Notes under the pieces: generated by a model | What the model was told of the DNA's origin: nothing | Databases searched by the model: none | What the model saw: the letters and a program-made list of their open reading frames with translations, nothing else | Shown here: positions 1 through 12,846 of the stretch, piece after piece | How the letters are laid out: the number at the start of each line of letters is the position of its first letter | Numbering within the stretch: the stretch's first letter is position 1 | Position numbers and translations under genes: made by a program | Source: Macrostomum lignano | Taxonomy: Eukaryota | Direction of reading: 5' to 3' | Assembly: GCA_002269645.1 (NCBI GenBank) | Contig: NIVC01002247.1 | Coordinates: 94,529-158,528 of the forward strand | Length of the DNA: 64,000 bases

Positions 1-39
1 CAACGTGGTTTTGAAGTAGAACAGAAGGAAATTGGAAAG

Positions 40-210
40 ATGAACTGCAGCTCAGAGCTGCTGCCCAATCACAACAGGGTGAAATGCAGCTCAGAGCTGC
101 TGCCCAATCACAACAGGGTGAACTGCAGCTCAGAGCTGCTGCCCAATCACAACAGAGTGAACTGCAGCTCAGAGCTGCTGTCCAATCACAGCAGAGTGAA
201 CTGCAGCTCA
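40..210. repeat. 39-bp minisatellite, about 4.3 copies, intronic upstream of galectin-like exon
   Basis: Unit TGAACTGCAGCTCAGAGCTGCTGCCCAATCACAACAGGG repeats directly and ends about 13 nt before the AG at 222-223. Confidence 0.9.
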
Positions 211-223
211 GAAATTATCGCAG

Positions 224-1594
<1,371 letters not shown>

Positions 1595-2189
1595 GTGAGT
1601 CTGAGCCCTATCTGTAATCTAGAATTCTTGCAGGCGGCAAATTTTTCAACTTTTACAGCTAGGCCAGTCTATTGATAAGGTCAAATATGAAGTATTTAAG
1701 AGGCACTCGAAACTGCGACCAAGCCGACATTGTTTTATTGCCTCAAGCCACCCAACTCAAGCTTGAGATAAGCGGCGACTTGCCGACTCATAAACATTTT
1801 CCACTGGCATTTCGACTTTCACATGTTCACCGATTAGAAAAGTTTTATTGACCTGGCTTTGAATAACTCACGTTTTGTGCCGAGTTGGATGAACACTTTG
1901 AGTTAAAATGTTTAATTAAAAGCAATAAAAATACTAACAATTGCTCACAAGTTCGCCACCCCCTCACCCCGGAAAACCAAACAATCTAGGAAGTCAGCAG
2001 TGCTGTGTCAAAATTTTTCTTCGATCTTTTCATCTAAGTGGTAAATTTAAAATAATATGATTCTGCCAGCTTCTTAGCGCCTATTCTCCTAGTAGGTCTG
2101 CCTTTCATGCTTGGTGTAGGACTGTTCTGTGATGCTCTGTGATGCGCTGCATTTGAATAACTGACTGACTTCAGTTCGCGAGTCTCACC

Positions 2190-4160
2190 GGGAAAAGAGG
2201 GAAGGAAAAGAGATTGAGAAAAGAAGGGATGAGGGGGGAAGGGGAGATGGGAGAGTGTGAAAAGGTGGTGGGAGAGTGTGAAGGGAAAAGGGAGAGTGTG
2301 AAAAGGTGGTGGGAGAGTGTGAAGGGAAAAGGGAGAGTGTGAAAAGGTGGTGGGAGAGTGAGAAGGGGAAGTGAGAGTGTGAAAAGGTGGTGGGAGAGTG
2401 TGAAGGGAAAAGGGAGAGTGTGAAGAGGTGGTGGGAGAGTGTGAAGGGAAAAGGGAGAGTGTGAAGAGGTGGTGGGAGAGTGAGAAGGGAAAAGGGAGAG
2501 TGAGAAGGGAAAGGGAGAGTGAGAAGGGAAAAGGGAGAGTGTGAAGAGGTGGTGGGAGAGTGAGAAGGGAAAAGGGAGAGTGTGAAGAGGTGGTGGGAGA
2601 GTGAGAAGGGAAAAAGGAAGAGTGAGAAGGGAAAGGGAGAGTGAGAAGGGAAAAGGGAGAGTGTGAAGAGGTGGTGGGAGAGTGAGAAGGGAAAAGGGAG
2701 AGTGTGAAGAGGTGATGGGAGAGTGAGAAGGGAAAAGGGAGAGTGAGAAGGGAAAAGGGAGAGTGAGAAGGGAAAAGGGAGAGTGAGAAGGGAAAAGGGA
2801 GAGTGTGAAGGGAAAAGGGAGAGTGTGAAGAGGTGGTGGGAGAGTGAGAAGGGAAAAGGGAGAGTGTGAAGGGAAAAGGGAGAGTGTGAAGAGGTGGTGG
2901 GAGAGTGTGAAGGGAAAAGGGAGAGTGTGAAGGGAAAAGGGAGAGTGTGAAGAGGTGGTGGGAGAGTGTGAAGGGAAAAGGGAGAGTGTGAAGAGGTGGT
3001 GGGAGAGTGTGAAGGGAAAAGGGAGAGTGTGAAGAGGTGGTGGGAGAGTGTGAAGGGAAAAGGGAGAGTGTGAAGAGGTGGTGGGAGAGTGTGAAGGGAA
3101 AAGGGAGAGTGTGAAGAGGTGGTGGGAGAGTGAGAAGGGAAAAGGGAGAGTGAGAAGGGAAAGGGAGAGTGAGAAGGGAAAAGGGAGAGTGTGAAGAGGT
3201 GGTGGGAGAGTGAGAAGGGAAAAGGGAGAGTGTGAAGAGGTGGTGGGAGAGTGAGAAGGGAAAAGGGAGAGTGTGAAGAGGTGGTGGGAGAGTGAGAAGG
3301 GAAAAGGGAGAGTGTGAAGAGGTGGTGGGAGAGTGAGAAGGGAAAAGGGAGAGTGTGAAGAGGTGATGGGAGAGTGAGAAGGGAAAAGGGAGAGTGAGAA
3401 GGGAAAAGGGAGAGTGAGAAGGGAAAGGGAGAGTGAGAAGGGAAAAGGGAGAGTGTGAAGGGAAAAGGGAGAGTGTGAAGAGGTGGTGGGAGAGTGTGAA
3501 GGGAAAAGGGAGAGTGTGAAGAGGTGGTGGGAGAGTGAGAAGGGAAAAGGGAGAGTGAGAAGGGAAAAGGGAGAGTGTGAAGAGGTGGTGGGAGAGTGAG
3601 AAGGGAAAAGGGAGAGTGAGAAGGGAAAAGGGAGAGTGTGAAGAGGTGGTGGGAGAGTGTGAAGGGAAAAGGGAGAGTGTGAAGAGGTGGTGGGAGAGTG
3701 TGAAGGGAAAAGGGAGAGTGTGAAGAGGTGGTGGGAGAGTGTGAAGGGAAAAGGGAGAGTGTGAAGAGGTGGTGGGAGAGTGTGAAGGGAAAAGTGAGAG
3801 TGTGAAGAGGTGGTGGGAGAGTGTGAAGGGAAAAGGGAGAGTGTGAAGGGAAAAGGGAGAGTGTGAAGAGGTGGTGGGAGAGTGTGAAGGGAAAAGGGAG
3901 AGTGTGAAGAGGTGGTGGGAGAGTGTGAAGGGAAAAGGGAGAGTGTGAAGAGGTGGTGGGAGAGTGTGAAGGGAAAAGTGAGAGTGTGAAGAGGTGGTGG
4001 GAGAGTGAGAAGGGAAAAGGGAGAGTGTGAAGAGGTGGTGGGAGAGTGAGAAGGGAAAAGGGAGAGTGTGAAGAGGTGCTGGGAGAGTGTGAAGGGAAAA
4101 GGGAGAGTGAAAAGGGAAAAGGGAGAGTGTGAAGAGGTGGTGGGAGAGTGAGAAGAAGGT
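2190..4160. repeat. Purine-rich composite minisatellite with two interspersed 20-21 bp units
   Basis: Units GTGTGAAGAGGTGGTGGGAGA and GTG(A/T)GAAGGGAAAAGGGAGA alternate irregularly; the + strand has almost no C. Confidence 0.95.
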
Positions 4161-6210
4161 AGGCAGTGTGATGACTAACCATGCAGAGTAAAATCCGTAG
4201 AGCGCCGTAGACGCAGAGACTGCTGGCAGTAGTAGGCTTATCTTAGATTTTCTTCAACCTTAGCCGCTCAGATGCTTGAACCCCAAATGCTCCCAATGCT
4301 CACATTAGATGTGACTCACCTAAATGTACTTTAAATTAATATGCAAGTAAACTCAATTGAGATGCTTCCCAACAGCAATAATGCTTTGCATGAACTAAAC
4401 TTGATAACTATTCAACCTTCGCCACCAAATTAAGCACAAGCAGCTGCATGGTCAGTTGATGAGGAATAAATAATTGGCTGGTTCTACAAGATGAAGGTAA
4501 AAGAGCGACCAGTGATCCGTTGTTATCAGAAACGATTTATCGATTTCAGACATGCATAAAATACTGCACCTGAGAAATATATCACATTCTGCACCGCTAG
4601 CCAGTGTGACAAATTCTGTCAATCATTTTCTACTTTCATTTATTGTTTCTGCACTACGAGTAGGAGGCATAATCTATGTGTATTGGGACATGCAGCAAGT
4701 GTCAGGGGTACTACAGAATCGGGTTGTCAGAGGGGGCGCAAATGCGTGCGCTACCTACGCGAATGGCTACTAATGCGTTTATTTGCACTTTAAAGATACT
4801 GCATGTACTTTTTTTGGTCTGTGACCATAATTTTATTGTTTTTATGTACAATGTATCTTACTACATTAGCTTATACAGTTATAAAATAATAGACTGGTAA
4901 TCAACATTTCAGGCTACCTCGGGGTGCAGCATCACCTAAACGCTGCCAAAACTGCAGACTGCTCAGCTGTTCTCAACTCGCAACTGATCGACTCAAAAAT
5001 ACTTCAACTGATTGAAAAATACTTTGCTCAGCTTTTTGTGTTACCCTGTTTGAGTCTCATCTCTCCCTAGCTTATCCGCTCGTATTCGTAATGTTCGCAT
5101 TTACTAAAAATTAACTTGTTATTGTATTATTATTATAATTTAGCTTACACTAGCAGTCACAGTAAAATTTGCCTTGACACCGAAGCTGCGGCGTAGAAAT
5201 TACGGTATACGAATATCAAGCAAGATCAGACGCTTTCAAGCTACTTTTAAAAGTAGTAGTATAATGAAGAAGCTCCAAGTCCTGCAGCTTCTGTGTCGTG
5301 TCGGCAAGTGCGTATTATCGGAACCCAATGATCCCGCCTGTTGTCCTCTTGAATATTTCTATTTTATTAGTTATTCAAAGTCATTGCTGGCTACTCGCGG
5401 AACAGTAAGTAAGTAGTATTACGAGCGTACACGCATATTCAGTAATTTTGTCTTGCTTAACCTTAAATTGTCATTTGAATCGCGCTGGTAAACATTTACA
5501 ATAATTCCCAATTTTCGTGCCGCCTCCCCGTCTCCCATCTGCGGAATCCCCAAACCAACCCGAGCCAGCGCACTGGTGATTGAATAATGCGAAAATAAAC
5601 AAACTTGCATAGTAAGGCTTATTGCTGTCACCCCCTGCATTATTAGCATTGTTTACCAGAAATTTATCAAATTCACGAAAATCACAGCTTCTGAGTACCT
5701 GATTTTTAATTCGCCTCAGTTGTCATGGCAACATTTGGTCTATTTAACTTGCACATTACAAATCAAGGTTAATTACACAGGAATGCGAAATTGCAAAAGA
5801 ATTTAAATAGAGCACCATGCCATTTGAAAGCGGATCATACTACTAACTGAGTAGCAGTAGAGACATTAGCAAATAGTCAGTATAAATATGGAAAACTTAT
5901 AGGTCAGCAAAATTTTGTTAAAATAAAAAAAATGACGCAAAATGCCGCACAGCTGTACAGAAAAGCCGCTCTCAAAGCAGACAGAAGCAACAAACTTAAA
6001 TTTAAAAAAAGTACATCAATATTAAAAAGCCGCAATACGACTCGCAAAGTGCCAACAAGGACGGAACAATTTATGGCTAACATTAACTAGCATAGAAGCA
6101 AAAATTGTAACAACAATAATTAAGGAATACCGCAGACTGTCCGTCACAGAAACTTGCGAAATGAATGATCACAAACAGCTGTGAAAGATGTGACAATTCG
6201 CAGGCTAAGA

Positions 6211-7280
6211 AGCTACTAGGAAATCTCACCCATAAATGGAAGCTACTAGGAAATCTCACCCATAAATGGAAGCTACTAGGAAATCTCACCCATAAATGGA
6301 AGCTACTAGGAAATCTCACCCATAAATGGAAGCTACTAGGAAATCTCACCCATAAATGGAAGCTACTAGGAAATCTCACCCATAAATGGAAGCTACTAGG
6401 AAATCTCACCCATAAATGGAAGCTACTAGGAAATCTCACCCATAAATGGAAGCTACTAGGAAATCTCACCCATAAATGGAAGCTACTAGGAAATCTCACC
6501 CATAAATGGAAGCTACTAGGAAATCTCACCCATAAATGGAAGCTACTAGGAAATCTCACCCATAAATGGAAGCTACTAGGAAATCTCACCCATAAATGGA
6601 AGCTACTAGGAAATCTCACCCATAAATGGAAGCTACTAGGAAATCTCACCCATAAATGGAAGCTACTAGGAAATCTCACCCATAAATGGAAGCTACTAGG
6701 AAATCTCACCCATAAATGGAAGCTACTAGGAAATCTCACCCATAAATGGAAGCTACTAGGAAATCTCACCCATAAATGGAAGCTACTAGGAAATCTCACC
6801 CATAAATGGAAGCTACTAGGAAATCTCACCCATAAATGGAAACTACTAGGAAATCTCACCCATAAATGGAAGCTACTAGGAAATCTCACCCATAAATGGA
6901 AGCTACTAGGAAATCTCACCCATAAATGGAAACTACTAGGAAATCTCACCCATAAATGGAAGCTACTAGGAAATCTCACCCATAAATGGAAGCTACTAGG
7001 AAATCTCACCCATAAATGGAAGCTACTAGGGAATCTCACCCATAAATGGAAACTACTAGGAAATCTCACCCATAAATGGAAACTACTAGGGAATCTCACC
7101 CATAAATGGAAACTACTAGGAAATCTTAACCATAAATGAAGCTACTAGGAAATCTCACCCATAAATGGAAACTACTAGGAAATCTCACCCATAAATGGAA
7201 ACTACTAGGAAATCTCACCCATAAATGGAAACTACTAGGAAATCTCACCCATAAATGGAAACTACTAGGAAATCTCACCC
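6211..7280. repeat. 30-bp minisatellite, about 35.5 near-identical copies, abutting the caspase stop codon
   Basis: Unit AGCTACTAGGAAATCTCACCCATAAATGGA. Confidence 0.98.
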
Positions 7281-7282
7281 AG

Positions 7283-10200
7283 TCACTTGGGCACAAAGTA
7301 CACCTCCTTGGTCAGCATGGACACAATGCAGGGCACCTGCTTCTTCCGGCACAGCAGGGGGTCCCGCGCGTTGCTCTCGTACAGGTTGGCCACCCGCCAG
7401 CAGACGCGGGTGAGCAGCCGCTGAAGGTCCAGACGGCCGCCGTAGCCCCATTCGTCCAGGCCGCGGCAGAGCGACTGCACGAACCAGGAGCCGTGGACGG
7501 CGTTCCGCCAGCTGTAGTAGCCGGGGGTCACCGAGTACGCCACCAGGAAGTCCGCCTCGCTGGGCAGCAGCCGCCTCTGCTGTTGCTCGATGGCCGCCGC
7601 GTCTGCCTCGTCGGATGGAGCGCCGGAGTCCGGCACCTCAACGCCGGCGTCAAACTTCGAGCCGCGGCACGCTTGAAGGAAGAAGAGCTTCGGCTTGCCT
7701 GGAATGCGGGGCGGGCGAGGACTGCAATTTCTGGGGAATTTTTTACAGAAACTCCCGCCTGCAGTCCCAGCAAAGACCCACACCTTGAGTCCCTAACCAG
7801 CCCCGTTCACAACAAAGACCCACACCTTGAGTCCCTGCCCAGCCCCATTCCCAACAGATCCACACCTTGAGTCCCTGCCCAGCCCCATTCCCAACAGATC
7901 CACACCTTGAGTCCCTGCCCAGCCCCATTCCCAACAGACCCACACCTTGAGTCCCTGCCCAGCCCCATTCCCAACAAAGACCCACACCTTTAATCCCTGC
8001 CCAGCCACATTCCCAACAAAGACCCAGGCCTTGAGTCCCTGCCCAGCCTCATTCCCAACAAAGACCCAGGCCTTGAGTCCCTGCCCAGCCCCATTCCCAA
8101 CAAAGACCCACACCTTGAGTCCCTAACCAGCCCCGTTCCCAACAAAGACCCAGGCCTTGAGTCCCTGCCCAGCCCCATTCCCAACAAAGACCCACACCTT
8201 GAGTCCCTAACCAGCCCCGTTCCCAACAAAGACCCACACCTTGAGTCCCTGCCCAGCCCCATTCCCAACAAAAACCCACACCTTGAGTCCCTGCCCAGCC
8301 CCATTCCCAACAAAGACCCACACATTGAGTCCCTGCCCAGCCTCAAAGACCCACACATTGAGTCCCTGCCCATCCTCATTACCAACAAAGACCCACACCT
8401 TGAGTCCCTAACCAGCCCCGTTCCCAACAAAGACCCACACATTGAGTCCCTGCCCAGCCCCATTCCCAACAAAGACCCACACATTGAGTCCCTGTCCAGC
8501 CTCAAAGACCCACACATTGAGTCCCTGCCCATCCTCATTACCAACAAAGACCCACACCTTGAGTCCCTAACCAGCCCCGTTCCCAACAAAGACCCACACC
8601 TTGAGTCCCTGCCCAGCCCCATTACCAACAAAGACCCAGGCCTTTAGTCCCTGCCCAGCCCCATTCTCAACAAAGACCCAGGCCTTGAGTCCCTGCCCAG
8701 CCCCATTCCCAACAAAGACCCAGGCCTTTAGTCCCTGCCCAGCCCCATTCCCAACAAAGACCCAGGCCTTTAGTCCCTGCCCAGCCCCATTCTCAACAAA
8801 GACCCACATCTTGAGTCCCTGCCCAGCCCCATTCCCAACAGGCCCACACATTGAGTCCCTGCCCAGCCTCAAAGACCCACACATTGAGTCCCTGCCCATC
8901 CTCATTCCCAACAAAGACCCAGGCCAGGTATCCAAACACCCACAACCGGACACGCACCGGCCAATCCCGGACAGACATCGCCGCGAAACCTGGCCAGAAT
9001 CTCGTCGACCCGCAGCAGGCCGTCGGTGCCGTAGATCTGGTCGGGCTCGCCGTGGGACATGAGCACAGCGGCGAAACAGTCTGCCTGGCTGTGGTCCTGA
9101 GCAGCCAGCTGGGAGCAGAGGGACAGGAGCTGGCCGCAACGCACGTTCTCCACTATGACAAGCTGGCCAGCGGGGGTCACAAAATATGGGAGAATTGATG
9201 CACACTCGGTTGGAATTTGCAGTTCACGAGACTAATGAGTGCACTGAAGGATAAGTGTACGGAAAGACTTCAGGTGTCGGAGCGGCTGAAGGACAGGCAG
9301 GGGGTGTCGCAACGGCACTGAAGGACAGGCAGGAGGTGTCAAGGGGCACTGAAGGACAGGAAGGAGGTGTCGGAGGGGCACTGAAGGACAGGAAGGAGGT
9401 GTCGCAACGGCACTGAAGGACAGGCAGGAGGTGTCAAGGCGCACTAGAGGGCTGGAGGCTGGCACGATGGTTCAGAATCTGCATTCCACACATTGGCGCC
9501 TTACCTGGAACTGCAGCCGTCTGAAGGACTCGCGCAACACGGCCAGATCGCTGGCGGTGCCGCTGCGGGCGCTCATTTTAGTGCTGGCATCGAACTCGTA
9601 GTTGTTCACTATCAGGCAGTAGCCGCGGCAGGGGTGGCGCATGTTGTAGACGAACTGAGAAGATTCCTGCTGCTGCTGCTGCTGCTGGCAGTTTTGGCCG
9701 ACCGCTGGCAAATGATGGGGGAGACTCTGGCTACAGAGTTTATCACAACAGGGCAGCTCATCGGTGACGCGTGCGACTCCCCGGGTTCGATTCCTTCAGA
9801 CGCATTAATTTTGCACTTGTGCATGTTATGTGGCCTGTGGCCTGCTAACAGTAGAAAGACCATGGGGGTGTATTTCAAATACACACATTTTTCCTTTGTC
9901 TGGATCTCCAAAAACATTAAACGAATTGCCATGAAAATCCTGAACACGGGCTAAAATTTCCGCTCTATTCGATGAAGCAACTTCGAGGATCACGAAAAAT
10001 CGGCATCGTCGAGATATTCAACGATTCTCCTCGGGTGTCTGGTGGCAAAAACCGCCAAAATTGGCAAATTTTTTCTGCTCACAAAATCTCATCATGAAAC
10101 CACGTCGGCTCAACAAACTATGCATATCAGGCGCAGGGACTTTTTCTCTCAGCATCCCAGGCACCAGGGTCCCCTTCATCACCGTCTGGAGCATCGGCGG

Positions 10201-12240
10201 CGACTGTCGGGAACTTCAACAAAAGCACCCGATCGGCATCTCAGAGACAGCTGCGTTCCCAAAATTGAAATGGAAGAATCCTCGTCTGCATGCAGCATTC
10301 AGTCAGTAGACACAATTGGTGAATGAAATGGACGATGGCCACCCTCTAGGCTGACCTGTAGACATACAGGCGACCTTCGGGACCTTCAATGGAGTGCCAC
10401 CTTGCGGCCCCGACGAGCTGGCACCGCCAACATCGTGATTTTTTAGCAAGGCACCAAACCAGGCATGTTTGCGTATTATACAGTGCTTTTGCACCATGTA
10501 AATTCGAAACTGCCGAACATCGTCAGCGGACTGCCACAACGGACAAGCTCTACGGCATCCGATGCCTGTGGGACACCTTTGTCAGTCAGCTGCGCCATCC
10601 TGTCCTTTCCGGGCCGTACCTCTGCGTCGACGAAACTCTGGTTGTCTACTGGGGTGTGAACTGTGACTTCACGGTCTTTCTGAGGGAGAAGCCCGGTCTT
10701 CTTCTTCTTCTTCTTCCATTCGGGCGCGCTCGGGCCAGGGCCCATGGCACCGGGCGTCAGATCACGCCCGCCTTCCCGAGGAAGTTCAACACCGCGGTGC
10801 AGTTCTCGAAAACTGCCGCGGGCTCCGGGCTTGGCCCCTAACGGTCGCAATGGTGCCAAGCTGTTCCTGCTGACATCGGCTGGAAATCCAGAGATTCAGG
10901 ATGACATGGACATCCGCTATGAGTTCAATGCGGAAATCTGCACTGGCAAAGGAACAATGCTGTCCACTACTTTTGCATCACAGGAATCCGATGCTCGGCT
11001 GGCCAAGGGCTCAGAGGTGTGGAGTGGTAGGCAAGTTGTTTGCCACTTGGCTGATCCATTCAGAGGACACTGGTACAGCATCACATGTGACAGATTCTTC
11101 TCGAGTCCCTGCGCTGGCCAATCACTTGTACCGAGAAATGGGATTCACGTTTCTTGGAACAGTGATGCGCACTCGTGGTGGCCTGCCAGCCGATCTCAAG
11201 AATTCAACTCAAACCATGGCTCCACACACGAGCGAATTCCGGTTTTCTGAGGAGCTAAGGTGCCTGGGATGCTGAGAAAAAAGGCCTCTATGACAGATGG
11301 ACCCAGATTATTGAGCCAATATGGATTCACCATAAATTTTTATACAGTGTAGTGTTAGTTGTCCTTGCCACCAGTGTCTTTGACAAGAATCGTTGAATAT
11401 CTCGATGTTGCTGACGTCGGATGACTTTGAAAGTTAGTTCGTCGGAAAGGGTGGAAAATTTTGATCCATATGGTGGACTTTTACGAAAATCGGTAATTCG
11501 GTTTGCGAGCTATCGTGAAATGGGTCGTGTGTATTTGTAATACACCCCCCGTGGTCTTTCCCCATGGGGAAAAATAGCTCGTAGCGTGGTCTTTCTACTG
11601 TTAAGCGACTCATGCCCGGAAGGGTCGGGGAGCTCGGTACACGATTACCGGCTATTTAGGCAATAGTTAGGATTAGGGCTAGGATTAGGGTAAGAATTAG
11701 GATTAGGATTAGGGTTAGGATTAGAGTTAGGATTAGGGTAATTTAGGATTAGGATAACGGTAAGGATTAGGATTAGTGTACCTATTAGAGTTAGGATTAA
11801 GATTAGGGTAAGGATTAGGGTTAGGATTAGGGTTAGGATTAGGGCCAGGGGCCGATTAGGGTAAGGGTTAGGGTTAGAAATGTTAGTAAAAGCCGATATT
11901 TAAAAAATGCATTGGTTTTTTATACTGATAATTAATGGTTGAGACGGGACTGCAGACATCAGTAGCGCTCACCAGCAGTAGCTGTTGCAGCGGCGGCCTT
12001 TTTCCGCTGAGCTGCCGGCCTGCCGCCGCCGCCGGGTCCGACAGCGGCAAACTGCGGATCATTGTTGGACAGCCAGTTGGAGGCCGCCGCGGCCGCAGCA
12101 GACCTCGGGCCGCCGCCGTCGGCCAAATCGTTCGCTGCTTTATCGTCGGAGTTGGCATCAGCGGCGGCGGGGAAGGCCCGACGGCGGGGCATCAGCGGCG
12201 CCGGCACCAAGTCGTCATCGTCAAGAGTCTGGCGGTCCAT
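7283..12240 (-). CDS. Effector caspase (caspase-3/7-like), about 362 aa; exons 12240-11973, 9704-9505, 9162-8958, 7698-7283
   Basis: YNMRHPCRGYCLIVNN, ARSGT, LMSHG (catalytic His), GKPKLFFLQACRG (catalytic Cys), ADFLVAYS, GYYSWRN, GSWFVQ, KKQVPCIVSMLTKEVYF. All four exons join in phase at GT-AG; total 1089 nt. Confidence 0.93.
7770..8925. repeat. 40-42 bp minisatellite in caspase intron 3
   Basis: Unit CCCAACAAAGACCCACACCTTGAGTCCCTGCCCAGCCCCATT with variants. Confidence 0.95.
9283..9440. repeat. Short ~31-bp tandem array in caspase intron 2
   Basis: Core GGCACTGAAGGACAGG repeated about 5 times; the same core forms the array at 12327-12500. Confidence 0.85.
10500..11200 (+). pseudogene. piggyBac (DDE_Tnp_1_7/PGBD-type) transposase remnant, interrupted
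   Basis: TDKLYGIRCLWDTF...GPYLCVDETLV...FTVFLREKPG/RNGAKLFLL...YSITCDRFFSS resemble the first two catalytic Asp motifs. The third is not found, and the ORF is broken by an insertion and stops. Confidence 0.85.
10699..10841 (-). mobile_element. 5'-truncated non-LTR retrotransposon 3' end (143 bp) nested in the piggyBac transposase
   Basis: Flanked by direct repeat CGGTC (10694-98 / 10842-46), with a (GAA)n tail on the minus strand. Minus strand encodes GPSPEPAAVFENCTAVLNFLGKAGVI*, resembling the ORF2 C-terminus of I/Jockey-group LINEs. Removal restores KPG-RNGAKLF in frame. Confidence 0.7.
11667..11878 (+). repeat. Interstitial telomere-like tract (TTAGGA/TTAGGG mix)
   Basis: About 210 bp of hexamers TTAGGA, TTAGGG, TAAGGG, ending TAAGGGTTAGGGTTAG. 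Confidence 0.85.
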
Positions 12241-12326
12241 GAAATAATTTGGCTAGAATCATATATCCCCAAATGCACCCGTGTGTGAGCTCGGGGGTCA
12301 GCGAACTGGACTGACTGCTTGACTCT

Positions 12327-12500
12327 GGCACTGAAGGACAGGCTGGGCTGGCACTGAAGGACAGGTTGGGGTGGCACTGAAGGACAGGCTGGGGTGGCAC
12401 TGAAGGACAGGCAGGGGTGGCACTGAAGGACAGGCAGGGGTGGCACTGAAGGACAGACAGGGCTGGCACTGAAGGACAGGCTGGGGTGGCACTGAAGGAC
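12327..12500. repeat. 23-bp minisatellite upstream of the caspase ATG
   Basis: Unit GGCACTGAAGGACAGGC(A/T)GGGGT, about 7.5 copies. Confidence 0.92.
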
Positions 12501-12840
12501 AATATCATATTGTCAGTGGGAGATAATTATCTAACTATCAAAGCTCATAGCGATCGAACAGAGCAAAAAGCGGAGCAGGTCAGCAATCAAGAAAATGACG
12601 CCATGAGATCGCGCACAAAATCAGCTCTAATTCAGTGTATTTGCCATTGCCGCTGGCGCAGGTCAATAAAATGTATATAATACTAGTAGAATAATATATA
12701 TAATAGTATGGATTGCCTATCATGTCGTACATGAAGCAAATTCAAGCAATTAAAGGTGAAAGAAACAAAGACTAAACTAGCAGCCGGACAGTCAGACCGA
12801 AAACCTGGGGTTGAAATTGAATAGGAAAATGTTTGAGTCA

Positions 12841-12846
12841 TTTATT
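12841..12846 (-). terminator. Candidate polyadenylation signal (AATAAA) for CCR4
   Basis: First canonical minus-strand AATAAA I found downstream of the CCR4 stop; inference only. Confidence 0.35.

Larger units (their letters stand above)
9849..11600 (+). mobile_element. Decayed piggyBac-like DNA transposon (1752 bp) in caspase intron 1
   Basis: 14-bp TIRs CAGTAGAAAGACCA (9849-9862) / TGGTCTTTCTACTG (11587-11600); flanks CTAA (9845-48) and TTAA (11601-04); subterminal inverted palindrome GTGTATTT.AAATACAC; internal inverted match GAATCGTTGAATATCTCGA at about 10010-10030 and 11388-11406. Confidence 0.88.

Noticed and set aside
1595-4939. Terminal exon of the galectin-like gene (candidate AGs near 1633, 1658, 4912)
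   Set aside because: Several phase-0 acceptors give short, uninformative peptides; I cannot choose without transcripts.
9766-9804. tRNA-Gly-like 3' half (CCCCGGGTTCGATTCC...GACGCA)
   Set aside because: Only a B-box/T-arm-like stretch, with no D-arm, anticodon arm or acceptor pairing; at most a SINE or pseudogene scrap.
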